A stretch of DNA of 64,000 bases. Source: a bacterium. GTDB taxonomy: Bacteria; Electryoneota; Electryoneia; Electryoneales; Electryoneaceae. The position numbers were made by a program, and so were the translations under genes. This document shows positions 17,965-27,589 of this stretch, one piece after another. Each line of letters begins with the position of its first letter. Positions within the stretch are counted from its first letter, which is position 1. A model generated the notes under the pieces. The model ran no database searches and was not told where the DNA came from. It saw nothing but the letters and a program-made list of their open reading frames with translations. The DNA is taken from positions 32,001 through 96,000 of the forward strand of contig JAZDLX010000007.1 of NCBI GenBank assembly GCA_043801585.1, given 5' to 3'.

Positions 17965-18791
17965 GCACGACACGTGAAGCGGGGGGTAACGGCGTAAAGA
18001 AAGTGACGGTTCCCAACATTCTGGCGATGAAGCAGCGGGGTGAGAAAATCGCCGCATTGACCGCTTACGACGCCACCTTCGCCGCCGTTGAGGATGCCGC
18101 GGGACTAGACCTGATTCTCGTCGGAGATTCCGCCGGGATGGTGATCAAGGGCGAACCGGACACAATTTCGATCACTCTTGATGAGATGATCTTTCTGACG
18201 CGAAACGTCAGCCGTGGAGTTCATCGGGCGCTGCTTGCTGTGGATGTGCCCTTTGGGGTGATTCACCGCGGCACTCAGGCAACGCTCGACGGTTCCGTCC
18301 GCCTGATGAAAGAGGGTCGTGCCGAAGCGGTAAAAATCGAGGGCGCCGGTCCCGCGCTGGAACCGATACAAAGATTGACCGAGTTGGGCGTGCCGGTGAT
18401 CGGGCACCTCGGCCTGACCCCTCAGTCGGTACATGCTTTCGGGGGTTACGGTCTTCGCGGTGCGGAGGAGGATGAGGCTGCCCGGATCCGCCGGGATGCG
18501 CTCGCATTGCAGGAAGCGGGCGTGTTTGCGATTGTTCTCGAGAAAATTCCGCGAAAACTGGCCGCCGATATCAGCGCTTCCCTTCGCATTCCAACCATCG
18601 GCATCGCTTCCGGTCCCGAGTGTGATGGACAAATCCTGGTCGGCTATGACATGCTCGGCCTCGGTCCCAAATTCCGTTTCGCCCGGCGTTATCTGGAAGG
18701 CAGGGAACTGATCCGGAACGCTGTGGCGTCCTACGTCAAAGACATCCGCGAGGGCAGTTTCCCCAGCGAGAGCGAGAGTTTCGAGGCGTGA
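17961..18791 (+). CDS. panB: 3-methyl-2-oxobutanoate hydroxymethyltransferase
   Basis: LTAYD, ILVGDS, AVKIEG, GHLGLTPQS, PTIGIASG..CDGQILV. Confidence 0.97.
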   Translation: MSTTREAGGNGVKKVTVPNILAMKQRGEKIAALTAYDATFAAVEDAAGLDLILVGDSAGMVIKGEPDTISITLDEMIFLTRNVSRGVHRALLAVDVPFGVIHRGTQATLDGSVRLMKEGRAEAVKIEGAGPALEPIQRLTELGVPVIGHLGLTPQSVHAFGGYGLRGAEEDEAARIRRDALALQEAGVFAIVLEKIPRKLAADISASLRIPTIGIASGPECDGQILVGYDMLGLGPKFRFARRYLEGRELIRNAVASYVKDIREGSFPSESESFEA

Positions 18792-18792
18792 G

Positions 18793-19647
18793 ATGGAGAT
18801 TCTGAGCTCCGCAGCCGAGATGCGGAAGTGGTCGTTGGCAAAGCGGGCGCTGGGTCAACGGATCGGGCTTGTCCCGACCATGGGATCTCTTCACGATGGA
18901 CATCTGAGTCTCATCGACACGGCGAAAAAGCAAAGTGACCTTGTCGTCGTGTCGATCTTCGTTAATCCCCCGCAATTTGACCGCGCCAGCGACCTCGAAA
19001 CCTATCCGCGAAACACGGAACGGGACCTTGAGTTGTGTCGTCAACGGGGGGTGGCTGCCGTCTACCTGCCGGATGCACCCGGGATGTATCCCGATGGATA
19101 CGCTACGTGGGTCACGGTGGAGAGGCTCGGTGATTTTCTGTGCGGGGCGACGCGCCTGGGCCATTTCCGCGGGGTCACGACCGTCGTTGTAAAACTCTTT
19201 CACGCCGTCACGCCCCATCTCGCTGTCTTTGGCAGGAAGGATGCGCAGCAGGCGAGGATTGTCGAACGGATGACCTCTGATCTTGATTTCGGCGTTGCCA
19301 TCGTTCTGGGCGACATCGTCCGTGAACCGGACGGACTGGCGATGTCGAGCCGCAACGCGAGGCTTGAGCCGGAACTCCGGAAACAGGCTCCTGCAATCCA
19401 TCAGGGGTTGCTGGCAGCGAGAGAACGGTGGGCGAAAGGGGAGAGATCCTCATCCAAGTTGCGCGAAACCGTAACCTCCCACTTGAAGCGGCACGCACCC
19501 GATGCGAGGGTGGATTACATCGAAGTCGTGGATTGGGCCACTCTCTCTCCGGTCGACACGGTTCATGGCGATGTACTTCTCGCCACAGCCGTATTCTTCG
19601 ACGAGGTGCGGCTGATAGACAACGAACTGCTGCTGGAGGAAAGATGA
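18793..19647 (+). CDS. panC: Pantoate--beta-alanine ligase
   Basis: VPTMGSLHDGHLSL, SIFVNPPQF, GHFRGV, FGRKDAQQ, REPDGLAMSSRN, RLIDN. Confidence 0.97.
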   Translation: MEILSSAAEMRKWSLAKRALGQRIGLVPTMGSLHDGHLSLIDTAKKQSDLVVVSIFVNPPQFDRASDLETYPRNTERDLELCRQRGVAAVYLPDAPGMYPDGYATWVTVERLGDFLCGATRLGHFRGVTTVVVKLFHAVTPHLAVFGRKDAQQARIVERMTSDLDFGVAIVLGDIVREPDGLAMSSRNARLEPELRKQAPAIHQGLLAARERWAKGERSSSKLRETVTSHLKRHAPDARVDYIEVVDWATLSPVDTVHGDVLLATAVFFDEVRLIDNELLLEER

Positions 19648-20393
19648 GCGCCCCGCGCCTCGCCGCGGTGATTCTCGCTGCCGGTCAGGGTAAACGGATG
19701 AATTCCGATCTGCCGAAGGTGATGCACAAGGTCGGCGGACGTCCGATGGTTGAATTCGTCATCGAACGGGCGCAGGGGATCGGAGCGGATCCGGTGATTG
19801 TCGTCATTGGACACGGCCGCGATCTGCTGATTCCGCTGTTGGAACAGAAAAACACTAAATATGTTGTTCAGGAACAGCAGCTTGGAACCGGTCACGCAGT
19901 ACTGTGCACCGAATCGCAGCTCGCCGGGTTTGAGGGGACGGTCCTCGTTCTTGCGGGCGATGTTCCGCTCCTCTCCCAAGCAACCCTGACTGCTGCCGCA
20001 ACGTTGCATCACGAGAAACATGCGTCCGTCACGATCATCACCGCCGATGCGCCCGATCCATCAGGGTACGGCCGGATTCTACGAGATTCCCATGGGGCGA
20101 TTGTTGGCATCCGCGAACATAAAGACGCTTCCAATCAGGAACGTAATATTAAAGAAATCAACAGCGGTATTCTTCTTTTTGACGCCCGGTTTCTGTTCGA
20201 CGCCCTCCGGAGGATTGGGAACGAAAACGCACAAGGGGAGTATTATTTAACGGACGTGGTCTTTCAGGCGTTTGACGCGGGCAGACCGGTCGCCGGTTTT
20301 GTTGCTCCCTATGACGAAATCCAGGGTGTCAACAGCCTCGAAGATCTTGCTCGTGCTGAAACCATCTGGCAGGAGAGATCAGGTTTGTCTTGA
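19644..20393 (+). CDS. GlmU-like sugar-phosphate nucleotidyltransferase (N-terminal pyrophosphorylase domain only)
   Basis: ILAAGQGKRMNSDLPKVMH, QLGTGHAV, GDVP, GYGRI, EINSG, QGEYYLTD, GVN; ends at 249 aa with no hexapeptide domain. Confidence 0.88.
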   Translation: MSAPRLAAVILAAGQGKRMNSDLPKVMHKVGGRPMVEFVIERAQGIGADPVIVVIGHGRDLLIPLLEQKNTKYVVQEQQLGTGHAVLCTESQLAGFEGTVLVLAGDVPLLSQATLTAAATLHHEKHASVTIITADAPDPSGYGRILRDSHGAIVGIREHKDASNQERNIKEINSGILLFDARFLFDALRRIGNENAQGEYYLTDVVFQAFDAGRPVAGFVAPYDEIQGVNSLEDLARAETIWQERSGLS

Positions 20394-20445
20394 TTATCTC
20401 TTATGCCAAATGGTACTTTAGGTTGTTCAGTGCGGAGGGTGCACG

Positions 20446-21015
20446 ATGCGAAAAAACCGTTTGGCAGCAGCCGGTCTGATTGCGCTTCTGTTCGTCGCAA
20501 GCGCGTTTGGCCAGGCCCCCTACCGAGATCAACCACAGCAGACAACCCGTGAATCCATTACTCAGCCAGTGATACAAAACGGGATTTCAGGTCTACTGGA
20601 TCCCAGCAGGATTTCGATGAATCAGCAGTTCGGTATGAGTTACATGAGTTCGGGAGGACGGGGGTTCACTCAGGGCTACTATCTCAACACTCTTTCATAC
20701 CGATTCAGCGCTCCTGTGATGCTCAAACTTCATCTGGGCGCGACGAATAATCCATTTGCCCAATCGACAGAGTTGCCTGGTCAATCGGCGATTTCATCGC
20801 TGTTGTCCAATGCGGAATTTTTTGGCGGAGCCGATCTGATCTGGAAGCCACGGGATGACATGCGTCTCCAGCTTTCGTTCTATCAATATCCGTCCACATA
20901 CAGTAACCCCTATGGTTACGGTTACGGAAACCGGCCGGGGTATGGATATGCAGGGATCAGCCCGTGGAGGTATTCCAACCCGGCAATGATCAACTTTGAC
21001 GATATCCAGCCTTGA
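20446..21015 (+). CDS. Secreted hypothetical protein (beta-rich, Tyr/Gly-rich tail)
   Basis: Signal peptide ending ASAFG, GGAGG-like RBS, fills the intergenic space on the coding strand. Confidence 0.7.
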   Translation: MRKNRLAAAGLIALLFVASAFGQAPYRDQPQQTTRESITQPVIQNGISGLLDPSRISMNQQFGMSYMSSGGRGFTQGYYLNTLSYRFSAPVMLKLHLGATNNPFAQSTELPGQSAISSLLSNAEFFGGADLIWKPRDDMRLQLSFYQYPSTYSNPYGYGYGNRPGYGYAGISPWRYSNPAMINFDDIQP

Positions 21016-21071
21016 ACCAGTGGCATCATCAGAAATCGACGTTACACCAACCGTTGTAGGGAGAACTCCGC

Positions 21072-21620
21072 ATGAACCGGGTACCGCTGCGCGAAACCGG
21101 TCGTAAACCTTCGGAACATCTTGAGCGGCGTGTTAATCTCTTGACCATTCTTGTCGGCATTCAGGTCATCCTGCTTGTCGTCTTGCTTATCCTCGATTTC
21201 GCTCCCCGTTTACGGATCGGAGGAGGTGGGGAAGGCAGGATCAGTCCTGAACAGATGGCGGAGAATCCCACCGTGGACATGCCCGAACGTGGCGATCTGC
21301 CTCCGGAAGTTGAGCCGACGCGTCCCGTTCGCGTGGAAATCCTGAATGGTTGCGGGATTTCCCGTCTGGCGTCACGGTTTGCCGAAGTTCTTCGGGCGAA
21401 AGGATATGACGTCCGTGACACGCGCAACGCCGACCACTTGAACTACAGTAAAAGTTTGATCTATGACCGCACGAATCTGCAGGGTCAGGCGTTGCGCATA
21501 GCGCAATTCCTGTCGATTCCGGCGGACCGGGTGCTCGATCGGCCGAACCCGCAGCTCGTGGACATTGATCTAACCCTGATTCTGGGAAAGGATTACGCAA
21601 CCCTGACAACCGATCACTAA
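21072..21620 (+). CDS. LytR C-terminal domain membrane protein
   Basis: One TM, then VEILNGCG...LA, NAD, DLTLILGKD. Confidence 0.85.
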   Translation: MNRVPLRETGRKPSEHLERRVNLLTILVGIQVILLVVLLILDFAPRLRIGGGGEGRISPEQMAENPTVDMPERGDLPPEVEPTRPVRVEILNGCGISRLASRFAEVLRAKGYDVRDTRNADHLNYSKSLIYDRTNLQGQALRIAQFLSIPADRVLDRPNPQLVDIDLTLILGKDYATLTTDH

Positions 21621-21623
21621 GCC

Positions 21624-21989
21624 TTGACTTCCCGACAACTTGCACAGACCATCGGGGATCGCATGCTTGACAAGCAGGCGATGGATGTGGTGATCATCGA
21701 CCTGCGCAAAGTGACTGCGATCGCCGATTTCTTTGTTATCAGCACCGGTTCCGTGGACGTCCATGTCAAGGCGATTGTGGACCATGTGGAGAGATCTTTG
21801 AAAACCGCGAGAGCCCCATTGCGGCCCCTTCATACCGAGGGATACAATCACCTGAACTGGGTGCTGCTGGATTATGGGGATGTTGTCGTCCACGTGTTTC
21901 AACCCGAGGCGCGCGCTTTCTACCAACTCGAGAGGTTGTGGGGAGACGCTCCGATAAAACGGGTGGAAGACGTTTTCCCCTCCGCCTGA
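21624..21989 (+). CDS. rsfS: Ribosome silencing factor RsfS
   Basis: DKQAMDV, ADFFVISTG, WVLLDYGDVVVHVF, RAFYQLERLW. Confidence 0.95.
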   Translation: MTSRQLAQTIGDRMLDKQAMDVVIIDLRKVTAIADFFVISTGSVDVHVKAIVDHVERSLKTARAPLRPLHTEGYNHLNWVLLDYGDVVVHVFQPEARAFYQLERLWGDAPIKRVEDVFPSA

Positions 21990-22030
21990 CCGGAAAACAG
22001 TGCCCATCAACCCAAAAGACAGATTGACAG

Positions 22031-23629
22031 ATGACGCTGAAAGACCGTTTAACGGACGCGGTTCGCTCCGCTTTGGCGATTGATCAAATGCCCGAAGTCC
22101 AGTGGCAGGTGCCGAAACGTACCGACCTTGGTGATCTCGCAACAAACATTGCGATGGTCCTCGCCAAAACCCTTGGCAAAAATCCACGTGAGATCGCTGA
22201 ACGGATTGTGGAACAGGTGGACTGGGAATCTCTGGGAGTGGAGCGCGTCGAGATCGCCGGTCCGGGATTTCTCAACCTGTTTCTCGGTTCCAGACATTTT
22301 CACGATGTCGTCAGATCCATCCTTCGTGAAGGGCCGGATTACGGCAAGTCGGATTCCGGCGGCGGCAGGAGTGTGCTCGTCGAATATGTCAGCGCCAACC
22401 CGACGGGGCCGTTGAACGTCGTCTCGGCGAGGGCGGCGGCAATCGGGGACAGCATCGTCCGTCTTCTGCGCAAAGCCGGTTGGAAGGCGGATGCCGAATT
22501 CTACGTCAACGACGCCGGGCGACAGGTTCGAAGGTTTGGCGAATCGATCATCGCGCGGGTGCGGGGTGTGGACGTTCCGGAAGACGGGTACCACGGAGAG
22601 GATGTCATTGCACGAGCCCACCAGCTTTTTCCCGATGGGACGATTCCTGACGATGCTGATCCGGAGGAAATCGGCCGCCGCGGGGCGGAGCTGAATGTCG
22701 CCGATCAGAGGAAAGTGCTGGAAACCTACGGCGTCAGCTTCGACCGCTGGTATTATGAGAGCGAGCTCCACGGATCCGGCGCTCCGATGAAAACGTTGTC
22801 GGAATTGAAGAAACGCGGGGCTGTCGCCGAGCGGGAGGGGGCGCTTTGGTTCCAGGGTACCTCCTATGGCGACACCGAGGACCGGGTTATTGTCACCTCC
22901 GAGGGGCGGCCGACCTATTTCCTGCCGGACATCGCCTATCACCTTTCGAAAGCACAGCGCGGATATAGCCGCGCGGTCGATCTGCTCGGCCCCGATCATC
23001 ATGACTACGTAGGACGGATGCAGGCGGCACTGAGGGCTCTCGGGTACGATGGTTTTCTCGAGGTTCTGATCGTCCAGCAGGTGCATCTGATCGAAAGCGG
23101 CGAAAAGGTCAAGATGTCCAAGCGCGCCGGCAAACTGGTGACCCTCGAGGAATTGGTCGAGGAGGTCGGGAAGGATGTTGCCCGCTATTTCTTCCTGCAG
23201 CGGCGGACATCGTCGCCATTGGATTTCGATCTCGATCTCGCAAGGGAACAGAGCGACCGGAATCCGGTTTTCTACGTCCAGTACGCTCACACGAGGATCG
23301 CGGGAATCCTGCGCCAGGACGGTTGTCCGGCACCCGCGGTCGAGGCGGACCTGAGTCCGTTGAACCAGGAGACGGAGTTGGATCTGATCCGTCATCTCGA
23401 ACAGTTCCCCGAGGTGATCGCCAGGGCTGCGGAGAGTTATGAACCGCAAAAAATGGTCGGCTACCTGGCGGAGCTTGCAACACGGTTCCACAAATTCTAC
23501 ACTTCAAGCCGTGTCGTCGGAGTCCAGGACGATGTATCCCTGGCACGTGCGTCGCTGGCGGAAGCGGCACGCATTGTACTGGCGGAGGGACTGAATCTTC
23601 TGGGGGTCAGTGCTCCGGAAAGGATGTAA
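22031..23629 (+). CDS. argS: Arginine--tRNA ligase
   Basis: GDLATN, AGPGFLN, EYVSANPTGPL, YVNDAGRQ, DIAYH, KMSKRAG, NPVFYVQYAHTR, APERM. Confidence 0.97.
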   Translation: MTLKDRLTDAVRSALAIDQMPEVQWQVPKRTDLGDLATNIAMVLAKTLGKNPREIAERIVEQVDWESLGVERVEIAGPGFLNLFLGSRHFHDVVRSILREGPDYGKSDSGGGRSVLVEYVSANPTGPLNVVSARAAAIGDSIVRLLRKAGWKADAEFYVNDAGRQVRRFGESIIARVRGVDVPEDGYHGEDVIARAHQLFPDGTIPDDADPEEIGRRGAELNVADQRKVLETYGVSFDRWYYESELHGSGAPMKTLSELKKRGAVAEREGALWFQGTSYGDTEDRVIVTSEGRPTYFLPDIAYHLSKAQRGYSRAVDLLGPDHHDYVGRMQAALRALGYDGFLEVLIVQQVHLIESGEKVKMSKRAGKLVTLEELVEEVGKDVARYFFLQRRTSSPLDFDLDLAREQSDRNPVFYVQYAHTRIAGILRQDGCPAPAVEADLSPLNQETELDLIRHLEQFPEVIARAAESYEPQKMVGYLAELATRFHKFYTSSRVVGVQDDVSLARASLAEAARIVLAEGLNLLGVSAPERM

Positions 23630-23630
23630 G

Positions 23631-24548
23631 ATGGCTGAGGCAAAACCGATCCTTGTCGTTGGTTCAGCTGCGCTGGATACACTGAAAACTCCGATTGGCA
23701 ACGAGGACGATGCGCTTGGTGGCTCCTCCTTTTATTTTTCCGCCGCGGCGAGTCTTTATGCTCCCGTGCGTCTGGTTGCCGTTGTCGGCGATGATTTTCC
23801 CATGGAGAAGATTGAGTTCCTGAAATCACGGAATGTCGATCTCTCGGGACTGGAAATCGCGAATGGCGAAACGTTCCGCTGGGGAGGACGGTATTACCAC
23901 GACCCAAACAAACGCGATACCCTTTTCACGCGCCTGGGTGTCTTTGAATCCTTCGATCCGAAAATACCTGACCATTTTCACGACAGCCCCTTCATCTTTC
24001 TCGGAAACATCCATCCAGCCCTGCAGTTGAAAGTTCTCGACCAGATTGCAAACCCGGAACTCGTCGTCCTCGACACGATGAACTTCTGGATTCAGGGCAC
24101 TCCGAAAGAATTGGACAAAGTGATCGCCCGGGCGAACGTCCTGATTGTCAACGATGAAGAGGTGGTCGAGTTGACCGGGAAAGAGGTCCTCATCGACGCT
24201 GCGGAGGATCTCCTCGCGCGGGGTCCCTCCACGGTGGTTGTCAAGAAGGGGCAGCATGGAGCGGTTCTGTTCCGTGAGAAGGGCGATATTTTCTTCATGC
24301 CCGCGTTCCCCTTGAGATTGGTGAAAGACGCCACCGGGGCGGGGGACACGTTTGCCGGGGGCTTCCTCGGTTATCTGGCGACCCAGAAGAATCTGGACGA
24401 TCCGATGGTCTGGAGACGCGCTGTTGTGCATGGTTCGGTTGTCGCCTCCTATGTAGTTGAGGAATTCTCAATGCGGCGCACGATGACCCTTTCGCAGAAG
24501 GACATCGAGGGAAGAGTGGAAAAATTCCGTGAAATGACGGCGTTCTGA
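23631..24548 (+). CDS. PfkB-family carbohydrate/nucleoside kinase
   Basis: GGSS.YF, DTMNFWI, VNDEE, KKGQHGA, DATGAGDTFAGG. Confidence 0.9.
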   Translation: MAEAKPILVVGSAALDTLKTPIGNEDDALGGSSFYFSAAASLYAPVRLVAVVGDDFPMEKIEFLKSRNVDLSGLEIANGETFRWGGRYYHDPNKRDTLFTRLGVFESFDPKIPDHFHDSPFIFLGNIHPALQLKVLDQIANPELVVLDTMNFWIQGTPKELDKVIARANVLIVNDEEVVELTGKEVLIDAAEDLLARGPSTVVVKKGQHGAVLFREKGDIFFMPAFPLRLVKDATGAGDTFAGGFLGYLATQKNLDDPMVWRRAVVHGSVVASYVVEEFSMRRTMTLSQKDIEGRVEKFREMTAF

Positions 24549-24551
24549 ATC

Positions 24552-25562
24552 ATGGACGAGCTCCGAGGCCTTCTCTGGAACGGACGGGAACTCACCTACC
24601 TCGACCAGACGCTCCTGCCACACGAAGAGGTCAGGCGGACAACGTCTGATTGGCGTGAGGTTGTCGATGCCATCAAACGGCTGGCAATCCGGGGAGCGCC
24701 TGCCATCGGTGTCGCCGGGGCATGCGCCGCCGCTCTTGCAGCCGCTGAACACGGTAAAGACAGAACGGCCTGGGAACTGGCGCTCGACACCATTGAGAAC
24801 GCACGTCCAACGGCAGTCAATCTTTCTGCAGCCGTGGAGCGCCTCCGCCATGAATGCCAGGGACTTGAGGGGTTTGCGCTCGCAGTCAAATCCGCCGGTG
24901 TCGCCGCGGAGATCGCGGACGAGGATGAGTCGCTCTGCGAAGCGATTGCGGAACACGGCATTCAACTCTTTGATTCCCCTAAAGTTGTGCTTACGCATTG
25001 CAATACTGGAGCGCTCGTCACGTACGGGATTGGCACGGCGTTGGGAGTTGTCCGCCGCGCTCATGAGAAAAAGTTGATTAAGAGGGTGTATGCCTGCGAG
25101 GCGAGACCGCTCGGGCAGGGCTCCCGTCTGACGATGTGGGAGTTGGATAAGTTGCAGATACCCAGCACCTTGCTCGCGGACAGTGCGGCGGGATCGCTGC
25201 TCGCGAGCGGTGTCGTGGACATGGTGATCGTCGGGGCGGACAGGATTGCGGCAAACGGTGATACCGCCAATAAAATTGGAACGCTGAACCTTGCTGTGCT
25301 GGCCAACCGTTACAGGGTTCCCTTCTACGTTGCAGCTCCGTCATCCACATTCGATCCCGGTACACCAGAGGGGACATCGATCCCCATTGAATTTCGGGAG
25401 CCGGACGAAGTTCGAAAATGTGGCGGAAAATGGATCAGTATTCCCTCCGCGGAGGTGTACAACCCGGCGTTCGATGTCACTCCTTCCGAGTTGATTTCGG
25501 GAATCATTTTCGAACGGGGAGTGCTTCGTCCGCCGTTCCGTATCGGGGATAACCGGCCTTGA
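24552..25562 (+). CDS. mtnA: S-methyl-5-thioribose-1-phosphate isomerase
   Basis: LDQTLLP, IRGAPAIG, RPTAVNL, LTHCNTGAL, GADRIAANGDTANKIGT, NPAFDVTP. Confidence 0.95.
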   Translation: MDELRGLLWNGRELTYLDQTLLPHEEVRRTTSDWREVVDAIKRLAIRGAPAIGVAGACAAALAAAEHGKDRTAWELALDTIENARPTAVNLSAAVERLRHECQGLEGFALAVKSAGVAAEIADEDESLCEAIAEHGIQLFDSPKVVLTHCNTGALVTYGIGTALGVVRRAHEKKLIKRVYACEARPLGQGSRLTMWELDKLQIPSTLLADSAAGSLLASGVVDMVIVGADRIAANGDTANKIGTLNLAVLANRYRVPFYVAAPSSTFDPGTPEGTSIPIEFREPDEVRKCGGKWISIPSAEVYNPAFDVTPSELISGIIFERGVLRPPFRIGDNRP

Positions 25563-25588
25563 CAGATTGTGAAGAAAAAAGATATATT
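25559..25588 (+). promoter_or_regulatory. Putative sigma70 promoter (TTGACA-N18-TATATT) for the TPR lipoprotein gene
   Basis: Perfect -35 and near-consensus -10 in an AT-rich intergenic stretch. Confidence 0.55.
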
Positions 25589-25671
25589 GAACTCTTGATT
25601 TTTTAGGGGGATGGGAACCTGTCCCCTGAGGTTCTTATTGCTCAGTACGTTGAGTAAAACCAGAGGGAGTC

Positions 25672-26748
25672 ATGAAGAGCTCATGGGGCCGGTGGGGATT
25701 TGCGGCCATTTCGCTGCTGTTGATCTTTTCGCTGATTGGGTGTGCGTCCAGCTCTTACTATGTGCGCTCAGCAAAACTGCACATCAACAACAAGAACTAC
25801 GCCGAGGCGGAAAAGATCCTGTTGGAGGGAACGAACACCCCTCCGAACGATCAAGATCCAGAGCTGTGGTATACGCTGGGGCTGATTCGTTTCGACAAGA
25901 AGGACTGGGTGGGGATGAACGAGGCCTTCGATAAATCGTTGGCCCTCGACGCCAAGTTCGCCGAACAGATCAAGAAGACCAAGTACCACGCATGGCAGCG
26001 TATCGCCAGTGGGGCAGTCAAGGAATTCCAGGGAAACAACTACCCCCAGGCCATCAGCGATTTCCAGACGGCATTGATTGTCCGCCCGAGCGATTCCGAA
26101 ACGTTGACCAACCTGGGCCTTAGTTACTTCAAAAACGAGCAGTACAATGAAGCGGCAGAGGCGTTCAAAGAGTCTATCGCCAACGATACGACCAATCTGG
26201 TCAAGTTGACCAAGTTGAATCTCCTTGAAACTTACCGTCTGCTGGAGCGTTCCGAAGATGTGATCACCCTCGCCGATGATATCATCAACACGGCGGATTC
26301 GCTCAACACCACTCGCAAAATCATAGTGATTCAGGCAAAGGCGGTGGCGTTGCAGAAGCTTGGTCGGACGGAAGATGCCGTTGGTGAATGGGACAAGCTG
26401 ATGTTGGAAGATCCAACGAACGCCGACTTCGCCTTCAATAAAGCTCTTCTTCTCGACATGCTCGAGCGTTATAACGAAGCTGCGGCGGTGTATCTGAAAG
26501 CAATCGAATTGAATCCAAGCGACTACGAAGCGCGGATGCGTGCGTCGAATGCGTTGCTTGGCAACCAGCAATGGGCAACGATCGAGAAAGTCCTTGAACC
26601 ATGGCTGTTCCCGGATGGCGTGAAAGTGTACGAGCCTGAATTCAAGGATCTCCACACGTGGATGACCCTGAAGGCGGCCTATGCCAACCTGGATGAAATG
26701 AAAAAAATGAAGGTTGTTGACGAGATTCTGAAGAAGATCTCGGGTTGA
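25672..26748 (+). CDS. TPR-repeat lipoprotein
   Basis: Lipobox LIG-C; several TPR-like repeats (WYTLG...AFDKSLALD, NLG..YF...Y..A, FNKA.L...Y..AIELNP). Confidence 0.85.
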   Translation: MKSSWGRWGFAAISLLLIFSLIGCASSSYYVRSAKLHINNKNYAEAEKILLEGTNTPPNDQDPELWYTLGLIRFDKKDWVGMNEAFDKSLALDAKFAEQIKKTKYHAWQRIASGAVKEFQGNNYPQAISDFQTALIVRPSDSETLTNLGLSYFKNEQYNEAAEAFKESIANDTTNLVKLTKLNLLETYRLLERSEDVITLADDIINTADSLNTTRKIIVIQAKAVALQKLGRTEDAVGEWDKLMLEDPTNADFAFNKALLLDMLERYNEAAAVYLKAIELNPSDYEARMRASNALLGNQQWATIEKVLEPWLFPDGVKVYEPEFKDLHTWMTLKAAYANLDEMKKMKVVDEILKKISG

Positions 26749-26776
26749 CCCGCAAGCTGAGAAAAGATTGTGACAG

Positions 26777-26809
26777 GCGAAGCGGGCCATCGCGTCCGCT
26801 TCGCTTTTT
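26777..26809 (+). terminator. Intrinsic terminator
   Basis: GCGAAGCGG...CCGCTTCGC 9-bp stem followed by TTTTT. Confidence 0.75.
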
Positions 26810-26821
26810 CACGAGGATTTG

Positions 26822-27589
26822 ATGGCAAAACGATCGATCAAATCGTTTGAAGAGAATTTGCGTGCCAACGCCGACCGTTTGCCCGCGCATATTGCGTTCA
26901 TCATGGACGGCAACGGGCGATGGGCGAAGGAACGTGGGATGCCTCGCATGTTCGGTCATCGCGAGGGTGTAAAGTCAGTCCGTGAGATGGTTGAGACGGG
27001 CGTGGAACTGGGCATCAAGGTCATGACCTTTTACACGTTTTCCACGGAAAACTGGAAGCGCCCGAAATCGGAAGTATCAGGGTTGATGAAGCTGCTCGTT
27101 TCGACAATCCGTAAAGAAGTGGACGACCTCGACAAGAACAACGTTTGTCTGCGCACCATTGGACAGCTTGAGGATCTGCCACCGGGACCTCGCGCGGAAT
27201 TCAAGGCTGCGAAGAAACAGCTTGAGAAGAACGACGGCCTTCTGCTTGTGCTGGCGCTGTCCTACAGCGGGCGGCGTGAGATCACTCAGGCTGTCAATCG
27301 TCTTCTCGAGCAGGGGGTTAAACGAGTCGACGAGAAGGTTTTCGCCGCGGTCCTCGATACCGCCGATCTCCCCGATCCGGATCTGTTGATTCGAACTTCG
27401 GGCGAGATGCGACTGAGCAATTTTCTTCTGTGGCAGACAGCCTATACCGAACTTTACGTCACGGATACTTACTGGCCGGATTTTCGCCGCGCTCAATTGA
27501 TTGAAGCCGTACATGATTATTTGCATCGAGAGCGCCGCTTTGGACGCACCAGCGAACAACTGGTGTCATCGAATGGTGAGGCAAGGTGA
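26822..27589 (+). CDS. uppS: Undecaprenyl diphosphate synthase (cis-prenyltransferase)
   Basis: HIAFIMDGNGRWA, GHREG, FSTENWKRP, SYSGR, DLLIRTSGEMRLSNFLLWQ, RERRFG. Confidence 0.97.
   Translation: MAKRSIKSFEENLRANADRLPAHIAFIMDGNGRWAKERGMPRMFGHREGVKSVREMVETGVELGIKVMTFYTFSTENWKRPKSEVSGLMKLLVSTIRKEVDDLDKNNVCLRTIGQLEDLPPGPRAEFKAAKKQLEKNDGLLLVLALSYSGRREITQAVNRLLEQGVKRVDEKVFAAVLDTADLPDPDLLIRTSGEMRLSNFLLWQTAYTELYVTDTYWPDFRRAQLIEAVHDYLHRERRFGRTSEQLVSSNGEAR

Noticed and set aside
17961..19647. panBC without panD
   Set aside because: panD is often located elsewhere; absence from one window is uninformative.
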